Assembly (NCBI GenBank): GCA_049296855.1
Contig: JBAQTF010000010.1
Span: forward strand, 108,610 to 172,609
Direction: 5' to 3'
DNA: 64,000 bases
Origin: Minisyncoccia bacterium
GTDB taxonomy: Bacteria; Patescibacteriota; Minisyncoccia; Phycocordibacterales; DATDWN01
Of this stretch, positions 38,034-46,246 are shown one piece after another. The notes beneath the pieces are model-generated. The model was given only the letters and a program-made list of their open reading frames with translations. It had not been told where the DNA came from and did no database searches. A program made the translations under genes and the position numbers. Position 1 is the stretch's first letter; each line of letters opens with the position of its first letter.

Positions 38034-38699
38034 ATGGGCTATCTAAAGAAAGTTATTATGCATCCAGTCGGAGTTGTAATTATTTCTATTGTTTTGATAG
38101 TTTTAAGTAATTATCCAAGTTTCTTTTTATCCAAATACGGACTCCTGACAAAGGGAAGCTTAGGATTTTTGTATTTTGTGAACCTTAGTGCTCTAATCTT
38201 GTTATTTATAGTTCCAATATTAATAATAAAATTTATCCTAAAAAGGCCTTTGGAAGAGTTTGGCTTATCTAGCCCTAAAAACTGGAATGAGGCAGTTAAA
38301 CTTACAACTTTAGCTACAATAGTTCTTCTTTCGATTCTTTTTTTTATAGCAAAAGATTCTGGTTTTCAAAAATTCTATGCTGTAAAGGAAGGTTTTGGTG
38401 TCTTTTTTCTATTAGCTACTCTTGGAAGTGGTATCTACTATGTTGGTGAGGAATTTTTGTTCCGAGGATTTATGTTTTTTGCACTTTCGGAGAGAGTTCA
38501 CTTTCATAGCTTTTGGATAACAAGCCTTGTTTTCGCTTTACTACATGCAACAAAACCGAGCGGAGAGGTTATTTTTGCTTTTATTTCAAGCTTAATATTT
38601 TGTTATCTATCTCAAAAAACAAGATCATTTTTACCGGCATTTGCAGTACATTTTATAATCGCACTTGGTTTTAATCTAATGGTCATGTTTCATTATTAA
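38034..38699 (+). CDS. CPBP-family (CAAX/Abi) intramembrane metalloprotease
   Basis: The EExxxR, FxxxH and HxxxN-type motifs (EEFLFRG...LLHA) lie in a multi-TM protein. Confidence 0.65.
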   Translation: MGYLKKVIMHPVGVVIISIVLIVLSNYPSFFLSKYGLLTKGSLGFLYFVNLSALILLFIVPILIIKFILKRPLEEFGLSSPKNWNEAVKLTTLATIVLLSILFFIAKDSGFQKFYAVKEGFGVFFLLATLGSGIYYVGEEFLFRGFMFFALSERVHFHSFWITSLVFALLHATKPSGEVIFAFISSLIFCYLSQKTRSFLPAFAVHFIIALGFNLMVMFHY

Positions 38700-38730
38700 T
38701 ACTCATATTTAACAATGTTATAATCACAAA

Positions 38731-40677
38731 GTGAATTATCTAGAATCTCTAAACGAAGGGCAAAAGAGAGCAGTGTTGGCAACAGAAGGGCCGATACTTA
38801 TTGTTGCTGGAGCTGGAGCTGGAAAAACAAAAACCATAACGCACAGAATACTACATCTTATTGTCTCTGGAATTTCTCCTGATAGGATCCTTGCAATTAC
38901 TTTCACCAACAAAGCAGCTAGAGAAATGCGAGAAAGAGTTAGGGACTTGATTGAAAAAGACAAAAATCTTGCTCATTTTCGAAAATCAATGCCATTCATG
39001 AGTACTTTTCACTCACTTGGTGTACAAATCATCAAAGAAAACTCTGAGCTTCTCAAACTGCCCAGACATTTTAATATTTTTGATACGACTGACTCAAAAA
39101 AAGTTTTGAAGAGTGTTTTGCAAGAGTTAGGTGTAGATCCAAAAGAACATTTGGACAAAATTAGACATACGATCTCGAGGGAAAAAGGTAAAGGGAACAG
39201 CCTAGGGGAATATCTTGAAATCGGAGCCTTTGACTACAACTCCGAGCTAACGAAAAAAGCTTGGGTAAAATATGAAGAAACTCTTGGGATAGAACATGCT
39301 CTAGATTTTGACGATCTTCTTTTAAAAACACTAAAACTTCTACAAAAGTTTCCAGAAATTCTAGAAAAATATCAGGATAAATTCTTGTATATTCACATAG
39401 ACGAATACCAAGATACAAATAAAGTTCAGAATACGATCGTTGAGTTATTAGCGAAAAAGCATCGAAATATCTGTGTCGTCGGCGACACCGACCAAAATAT
39501 TTACAGTTGGAGAGGAGCTGAAATAAAAAATATGTTACATTTTGAAAAAACCTATCCAGAAGTAGAAACCATTTTTCTAGAACAAAACTATCGCTCAACA
39601 AAAAACATACTGGCCGTTGCTAATGAAATAATTGAGAAAAATAACTTTCGTATACCAAAAAAGCTGTTTACTCAAAACGAAAATGGTGAAAAAATAGCTG
39701 TGTTTGAAGCTAGAAACGAAATGGGCGAGGCACATTTTATTGCCTTAAAATCGAAAGAGTTAATATCAAACGGTGTTATAGCCGACAATATAGCTGTTTT
39801 ATACAGAGCAAATTTCCAATCACGTGTTTTGGAAGACGCTTTTCTGTCATACGGAGTGGCGTATCAGATGGTTGGTACAAAGTTTTTTGAGAGAAAAGAA
39901 ATAAAAGACTGTGTTAGTTTTATAAAAGCATCGCTTGGATCTAACTCTGAGAACCTCAGTGATTTTAGTCGAATAATAAACATTCCCCCAAGAGGGATTG
40001 GAAAAGTTACTCTGGAAAAAATAATGTCTGGGCATGAGAGCGAACTGCCAGAAGGAACTAAAGTAAAGATAAATAATTTTCGTAAAATGCTGGGCGACTT
40101 TAAAAGTATCATTTTAAACCAAAGACCATCTGAGGCCTTGAAATATATTATAAAAACTTCTGGTATCGAAAATATGTATAACACTGGGACAGAGGAAGAC
40201 ACTGAGAGACTGGAAAATGTTATGGAACTGGTTACTCTTGGGACTAGATATGATGCATATGTGGGTGAGGAAGGTATTGAGAAATTTCTGACGGACGTAG
40301 CTCTAACGTCGGACCAAGACTCACTTGACGAAACAAAAAGTGGAGTAAAGTTGATGACGGTACACGCATCAAAAGGGCTAGAATTTAAATATGTTTTTGT
40401 TTGTGGACTGGAAGATGGATTATTTCCACACAGTGGGATGAACAAGGATAGAAAATCTGGTGAGGACGGAGAGGAGGAGAGGCGTCTTTTTTATGTTGCT
40501 GTTACTAGAGCGGGTAAAAAACTTTTTTTGACATGGGCCAGAACACGTACTATATTTGGAACAATAGAGATAAATTTGATGTCAGAGTTTATTGAAGATA
40601 TACCAGAAAAATACACTGAACCCGAGTCTTATTCTGAGAAAACTATACACTCACCACTTTTCAGTATTGATTTTTAA
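38731..40677 (+). CDS. uvrD: UvrD/PcrA-family DNA helicase
   Basis: It has a Walker A motif (AGAGAGKT) and the UvrD helicase motifs. Confidence 0.9.
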   Translation: MNYLESLNEGQKRAVLATEGPILIVAGAGAGKTKTITHRILHLIVSGISPDRILAITFTNKAAREMRERVRDLIEKDKNLAHFRKSMPFMSTFHSLGVQIIKENSELLKLPRHFNIFDTTDSKKVLKSVLQELGVDPKEHLDKIRHTISREKGKGNSLGEYLEIGAFDYNSELTKKAWVKYEETLGIEHALDFDDLLLKTLKLLQKFPEILEKYQDKFLYIHIDEYQDTNKVQNTIVELLAKKHRNICVVGDTDQNIYSWRGAEIKNMLHFEKTYPEVETIFLEQNYRSTKNILAVANEIIEKNNFRIPKKLFTQNENGEKIAVFEARNEMGEAHFIALKSKELISNGVIADNIAVLYRANFQSRVLEDAFLSYGVAYQMVGTKFFERKEIKDCVSFIKASLGSNSENLSDFSRIINIPPRGIGKVTLEKIMSGHESELPEGTKVKINNFRKMLGDFKSIILNQRPSEALKYIIKTSGIENMYNTGTEEDTERLENVMELVTLGTRYDAYVGEEGIEKFLTDVALTSDQDSLDETKSGVKLMTVHASKGLEFKYVFVCGLEDGLFPHSGMNKDRKSGEDGEEERRLFYVAVTRAGKKLFLTWARTRTIFGTIEINLMSEFIEDIPEKYTEPESYSEKTIHSPLFSIDF

Positions 40678-40688
40678 ACATTATTAAT

Positions 40689-41501
40689 ATGATCAAAACT
40701 AAAAAATCTCTTGGTCAGCACTTCTTAAACTCTGAAGAGATAATAAAAGATATTGTTTCCGCTGGAAAGGTGATCCCAACAGACACAGTTCTAGAAATAG
40801 GACCTGGGCAAGGGATTTTGACTAAAAAATTACTCTCAACTGGAGCGCATGTTATTAGTGTAGAAAAAGACGACAGGTTGATACCAGAACTCCAAAAAAC
40901 TTTTGTAAAAGAAATTTCTCTAAAAAATCTTGATCTTATACATGCTGATATTTTAGATATTGGACTGCCTCACATTACACATAGTCAATATAAAGTTGTT
41001 GCTAACATTCCTTACTACATCACAGGACAAATCATAAGAATGTTTTTGGAAAGTGATAAACAGCCAACCTCTATGACACTCCTTATACAAAAAGAAGTTG
41101 CTGAACGTATAATAGCGAAACCTGCCCACGCAGGTGGGAACGGTAAAGAGAGTTTACTTTCACTTTCTGTCAAAGTTTTTGGAAATCCGAAGTTAGTAAA
41201 AATTGTTCCACGTAACGCATTCACACCACAACCAAATGTTGACTCAGCTGTTCTAAACATAGAAAATATATCCAAAAATAACTTCTCAAAGGGGACCCCT
41301 TTGCGAATGACGGAGGAGCAGTTTTTTAGATTGATACATGCTGGATTTTCCCACAAACGTAAACAGCTCTTACCCAATCTATCCAGTTTGTATAAAAAAG
41401 AAAATTTAGTAAAGGCATTTGATATTTGTGGTATAAATCTAAAAGCTCGTGCCGAGGACATTCCCCTCGATACATGGATAAAACTTTGCAACATACTTTA
41501 A
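40689..41501 (+). CDS. rsmA: 16S rRNA (adenine1518/1519-N6)-dimethyltransferase
   Basis: It has the LGQHFL and EIGPGxG SAM motifs. Confidence 0.9.
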   Translation: MIKTKKSLGQHFLNSEEIIKDIVSAGKVIPTDTVLEIGPGQGILTKKLLSTGAHVISVEKDDRLIPELQKTFVKEISLKNLDLIHADILDIGLPHITHSQYKVVANIPYYITGQIIRMFLESDKQPTSMTLLIQKEVAERIIAKPAHAGGNGKESLLSLSVKVFGNPKLVKIVPRNAFTPQPNVDSAVLNIENISKNNFSKGTPLRMTEEQFFRLIHAGFSHKRKQLLPNLSSLYKKENLVKAFDICGINLKARAEDIPLDTWIKLCNIL

Positions 41502-41503
41502 TC

Positions 41504-43186
41504 ATGATCAGGAAGATTCTAATAAAAATAGAGAGCGTAGAAATGAGCCTAAGCCAATGGATTTATGGATTTATGGGTATATTGTTTGTGCGTTTTATAT
41601 TTGAATTACTCTCTAGTCCAGCAAGAAAAAATACTATATTGTTTAATCCAATCACTCTTGTGCATTATGGTCTTTTTTGGATTACATTGACATTGGGTCT
41701 AATTATTATTGTTGGATTTTTTAGTAAAAATTATTTATCCACTTCAAAAATCGCTCTGTTTGGGCTACCTATAATATGGTTGGCACCGATTTTTGACATC
41801 ATAATAAGTAGGGGAAACGGATATACACAGTCATATATTTTCGATAACGGATATAAATTAATCTTTGATTTTTTTACTTTCTTTGGTTCAAATCTAAAAT
41901 GGGGAGCAACTTATGGTATTAGAATTGAAATGTTAATAGTACTTATTGGCGTCGGTTGGTATCTTAGAAAATCTGAAATCCGATGGATAAAAACTTTTGC
42001 TGGTATTTTTTCTGTGTATATCTTAGGTTTTATTATGGCTAGTTGGCCTGGAATTTTGTATACGATTTCTCACATTAATGCTGAAATTGGTACACTTCCA
42101 GATATATTTAACCCGAACGGAACTCTTCCTCAGATATATAACTTTTTTGGACAGGCAGTCTTTCAATCGACAATATCACACAATACCCTTTACGAGGGAA
42201 TGTCTTCAGTATCTACTTCAAGATTTTTTGAGCTAGGTTTTGACAAACTTTCATCTCAAATACTGTTTATTGTTTCATGTTTTTTAACAAATTTATTGTT
42301 TTGGAAAATCGATAAGAAAAAATTTATTGCCGTTATTAAAAATATCAGGTTAGAACGTATCGGGTCATACCTTGCACTGCTCTTATGTGGAATGGGTTTT
42401 GCATATATAAATGGATTAAGTAGTCACTTTGTATGGTCAGACATTTTTGGAGTGGTCTGTTTATTTATTTCGTGGATTAGTCTGTGGATGTATGCAGTGC
42501 ACGAGAACGACATTGCTGATGTCGCTATAGATGAAATATCCAATAAAGAAAGGCCTCTTATAAAAAGAGATTTGGCAAAAAAAGAGATGCAGGAAACAGG
42601 ATATATTTGGCTAGTCATAGCTATTTTAGGCGCTTTCTGTGCCGGATTTTACCCGTTTTTTATGAGTTTGGTTTACATTTTTTCCTCACACATATATTCA
42701 TCTCCGCCATTACGTTTAAGACGGTTTCCTTTAATACCATCGTTCCTTATAGGCGTAGCTTCACTTGCCACAATACTAGCTGGATTTTTCTTTATTTCAG
42801 TTGATAAAAATCCAGAAACTTTCCCAATAATTCTGGCTGTAGGAATAGTTGTTATGGTGACACTCGCCATAAACGTAAAAGATATGAAAGACATTGAGGG
42901 GGATAGAGTAAATGGAATAATGACTTTACCTGTAATATTTGAAAAGAATGGTCCAAAAGTAGTGGGGCTGTGTTTTGCTTTAAGTTTTTTGCTATTTCCT
43001 TTTTTCTTATCTTTTTATTTTCTTTATATCATTTCCATACCAGCAGCAATCATAGGATACAGATTGGTTATAAAAAAACCCTACAGCGAAAAACCTATTT
43101 TCATTCTTCGATTCACATTTCTCTTATGTGTTGGGATTGTCTATATAGGAATACTTTGGTTGGTTAACACAATGTTGTTGCAATAA
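41504..43186 (+). CDS. polytopic membrane protein with a C-terminal UbiA-family prenyltransferase domain
   Basis: It has the Asp-rich motif NDIADVAIDE and many TM helices. I chose the start at 41504 to avoid overlap with rsmA. Confidence 0.55.
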   Translation: MIRKILIKIESVEMSLSQWIYGFMGILFVRFIFELLSSPARKNTILFNPITLVHYGLFWITLTLGLIIIVGFFSKNYLSTSKIALFGLPIIWLAPIFDIIISRGNGYTQSYIFDNGYKLIFDFFTFFGSNLKWGATYGIRIEMLIVLIGVGWYLRKSEIRWIKTFAGIFSVYILGFIMASWPGILYTISHINAEIGTLPDIFNPNGTLPQIYNFFGQAVFQSTISHNTLYEGMSSVSTSRFFELGFDKLSSQILFIVSCFLTNLLFWKIDKKKFIAVIKNIRLERIGSYLALLLCGMGFAYINGLSSHFVWSDIFGVVCLFISWISLWMYAVHENDIADVAIDEISNKERPLIKRDLAKKEMQETGYIWLVIAILGAFCAGFYPFFMSLVYIFSSHIYSSPPLRLRRFPLIPSFLIGVASLATILAGFFFISVDKNPETFPIILAVGIVVMVTLAINVKDMKDIEGDRVNGIMTLPVIFEKNGPKVVGLCFALSFLLFPFFLSFYFLYIISIPAAIIGYRLVIKKPYSEKPIFILRFTFLLCVGIVYIGILWLVNTMLLQ

Positions 43187-43214
43187 AAAACAAATCGCAT
43201 GATATAATAGCAAA

Positions 43215-44030
43215 ATGCCTAGCCGTAAAATTCTAACTGTTCTTATCATATGTATCGCTACTATTACATCAACTTGGATTTTACTTCGCATACCAAAAAA
43301 TACCAGCTCTGGAATTCAGAACTCTGAATCCGTCACTGTAAGTTCATACAGAAACATAACGGCGACAACTAGTGATGATTGGAAAAAAGTTATAATTGAC
43401 TTTAATGAAAAAAATCAAAATGTCACGACAAATACAAACCTGCCAGAAGTAATAACCTTAACCAGTGCCTTAGCAAAAGACATATTCGCAAGGGCGTTAA
43501 TGATGGCAAAAGGAGGAGGAGCCCCTAATGAAGAAAATATGAACAAAATGATGCAGTCAATATTATCTTCACCAGAATACTTAAAGAATGGAGGAGCTTT
43601 GTATATAGTTTCAAATTTACATGTAACTGATAAAAACGACAAATTTACAGAAGCTAAATACAAAGAAACTTTTGAGAAAAGCCTTTATGAAAGAATGAAA
43701 CAGGCTGAAGGCAAGGATGACCCTATGGCAATATTAGTGAGAGCATCCGAAGAAAACAACGAGAAAATAATTATGGAAATGGATCCTATAATTAAAGCAA
43801 ACAAAGACTTTATTAACGACTTATTAAACATGGAGGTACCCATTAGTGTTGTAAAAATACACTTAGATATCCTCAATGCAGCAAGTGACATACTTGCAAA
43901 CATTGAAGATCTTCGTTTAACTTTTGAGGATCCTGTCAGAAGTCTTCGAGGCTTAAGCCAATACACTCAACATTTAGATAACTTTACGACATCACTTCAA
44001 AACATGATCTCATACTTTGAGAAAAATTAG
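43215..44030 (+). CDS. hypothetical secreted protein (signal peptide)
   Basis: It has an N-terminal signal anchor and no known motif. Confidence 0.45.
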   Translation: MPSRKILTVLIICIATITSTWILLRIPKNTSSGIQNSESVTVSSYRNITATTSDDWKKVIIDFNEKNQNVTTNTNLPEVITLTSALAKDIFARALMMAKGGGAPNEENMNKMMQSILSSPEYLKNGGALYIVSNLHVTDKNDKFTEAKYKETFEKSLYERMKQAEGKDDPMAILVRASEENNEKIIMEMDPIIKANKDFINDLLNMEVPISVVKIHLDILNAASDILANIEDLRLTFEDPVRSLRGLSQYTQHLDNFTTSLQNMISYFEKN

Positions 44031-44039
44031 GGCTAATAA

Positions 44040-46184
44040 TTGAGCTTTAAGGAAAAGACTTTTCAACAGAAAGGCTGGTTTTTAAAAGACACATTGGTAT
44101 ATAATGTAGGTGTTATATGTCTTTTTAAAAATACCTTGAAAAGTAATAATTTTATTAAGAAAAACTTGGTTATTGTTGCTTTGTTGTTGTCTTTTCTGGT
44201 TCCCCAAAAGAGTCATGCTTATGCTGGAGTTGTAGATGTTGTTATTGACCCAGCCCATATAACAAAATCTGTTATAAATGGAATTCAACTTGCAAAATCA
44301 TTCGCAATGTTTGCTGCGAACACTCTTGCATGGAGATATGCTAAATCACTTGTTCAAGATATAACTGGTTCAACAGTAAATTGGATAAACTCTGGATTCG
44401 AAGGTAATCCAGCATACATAACAGACCCTAGTCAGTTTTTCCTCGATATAGCGGATGATACTGCTGGAGAATTTCTTTCTGGAACAAGGCTAAACGTACT
44501 CTGTACGCCTTTTAGAGGACCAGTTAGATTGGCCCTACTTAATAGCTATCTAAGAAATACTAATAATCAACAATATGCCTGTACATTGTCAAAAATACTA
44601 AACAATTATGACGCCTTTACAAATGATTTCAGTGTCGGAGGATGGGATGGTTGGTTTGAAGTAACTCAAAGTACTGGTGGTAATCCATACTATGTAGCAC
44701 TTTCTACACAAAACGAAATGCTAGATAAAGTTGCTTCTGAACAAACTATCTACAAAGAACAGTCAACACAAAGTGGAGGATTTTTGTCAATGGAGAAATG
44801 TAGACCTGAAGACACAGTAACAGCTGGAAATCAAGCAGCTATGTCAGCTAAATTTGGAAGATCATTAAATGTTGGGGATTGTACTGGTAAAAAAGAAGTG
44901 GTTACACCGGGAAGCGTCATAGCAGACCAACTAAATACTCAACTACCTACGGGAGTACGTTCACTAGAATTAGCTGACTCACTAGGAGAAATAATTAACG
45001 CAGCTATATCAATGCTAACCACAAAAATCCTGGGTCCTGGTCAAGGTCTTCGAGGACTGACTGGTCAATTACCTCCAGGGGCTAGTAGCTCGGGATTTCC
45101 AGTTCTAGACGTAACTGGTGATAACCCAGTGACTCATTATCTAGGTACATTTTATGAAGATGCCAGAGCGACAGCTATTGACATGGAAGATGGTGATATA
45201 ACCAGCAGAATAGTAACAAGTGGAGGTGTTAATTATAATACTATCGGAACTTATAAAATCACGTATAGTGTGACCAATTCTAGAGGCAATACTGCGACCG
45301 CAGTTAGAACAGTCATAGTAAGACCGTTTCAAGAGCCAGGTGCTGGAACTGGAGAGACTTGTGTAGATGGTATCAAAAATCAAGACGAGACAGGAATTGA
45401 TACGGGAGGGATTTGTGGAAGTGGGACTATAGCAACTTGTTCCGATGGTATTAGAAATCAAGATGAAACGGGAATTGATGTTGGTGGGATTTGTGGAATT
45501 GGAAGTTCTGCACCAGTAATAACCTCGATTAGTCCTACAGGAGTTTTACTTGGAGTGGCAACAACAATGACTATTACTGGTAATAACCTAACATCTAGTG
45601 TGCAGTTCACTGATAGTACAGGAAAGGTATTTAATGTAACAGGGACAGTCATAAACGGTGGTACGCAAACTAGAGTATCAGTACCAACAAACCTAGCTCC
45701 TAACGTTACAACTCTAAAAGTATTAAATGGTGGATTTGCATCAAACGCAGTATCATTCATCGTAACTGTATCACCGACTTGTGTCGCCGGATCAAATGAA
45801 ATGTCTTGTGTTGCACCTAACCAAGCTAATCTAGTTTCAGAAGTGATTAAATATTTAATTAGCAAAGGACAAACATTTAACATAAATAACAGTTGTGACT
45901 TCTATGAGATAACTAAACGTGTAGCCTGGGCTCTAAGAAGTACAGACGGCGGATTACTGACAAGTCCTGGTTCTGGATGTAACGCAAATTCTGTTGTCAT
46001 GATAAGTTACATAGATAACTCTCGCGTTAAAATACTATTTTGGGATAACAACGGCTTATTGTTACCAGGTTCTGTCAGATGGGATCCTTTCCCACAAAGT
46101 AACGATGGAAGTATTGTTTATATCCCACCAGTCGATCCAGGTGATCCAGCTAATGCTTGTTACTTAGCAAAAACTCCTTGCTAA
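44040..46184 (+). CDS. large secreted surface protein with an Ig-like domain, two tandem Cys-containing repeats and an IPT/TIG-like domain
   Basis: The motif GTYKITYSVTNSRGNTATAVRTVIV is Ig-like. The repeat CxDGIxNQDETGIDxGGICGxG occurs twice (nt 45361-45516). ITSISPTGV...TITGNNL is IPT-like. The start is uncertain. Confidence 0.55.
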   Translation: MSFKEKTFQQKGWFLKDTLVYNVGVICLFKNTLKSNNFIKKNLVIVALLLSFLVPQKSHAYAGVVDVVIDPAHITKSVINGIQLAKSFAMFAANTLAWRYAKSLVQDITGSTVNWINSGFEGNPAYITDPSQFFLDIADDTAGEFLSGTRLNVLCTPFRGPVRLALLNSYLRNTNNQQYACTLSKILNNYDAFTNDFSVGGWDGWFEVTQSTGGNPYYVALSTQNEMLDKVASEQTIYKEQSTQSGGFLSMEKCRPEDTVTAGNQAAMSAKFGRSLNVGDCTGKKEVVTPGSVIADQLNTQLPTGVRSLELADSLGEIINAAISMLTTKILGPGQGLRGLTGQLPPGASSSGFPVLDVTGDNPVTHYLGTFYEDARATAIDMEDGDITSRIVTSGGVNYNTIGTYKITYSVTNSRGNTATAVRTVIVRPFQEPGAGTGETCVDGIKNQDETGIDTGGICGSGTIATCSDGIRNQDETGIDVGGICGIGSSAPVITSISPTGVLLGVATTMTITGNNLTSSVQFTDSTGKVFNVTGTVINGGTQTRVSVPTNLAPNVTTLKVLNGGFASNAVSFIVTVSPTCVAGSNEMSCVAPNQANLVSEVIKYLISKGQTFNINNSCDFYEITKRVAWALRSTDGGLLTSPGSGCNANSVVMISYIDNSRVKILFWDNNGLLLPGSVRWDPFPQSNDGSIVYIPPVDPGDPANACYLAKTPC

Positions 46185-46246
46185 GGATGAAAAATCTGCC
46201 GTACATTCTAACTAATAGTAGAAAATGACATTGAATAAATCCGATT

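Noticed and set aside
41426-41503. Track start at 41426 for the UbiA-fusion gene
   Set aside because: That start would overlap the 3' end of rsmA by 76 nt in another frame. The in-frame ATG at 41504, directly after the rsmA stop, is more plausible.
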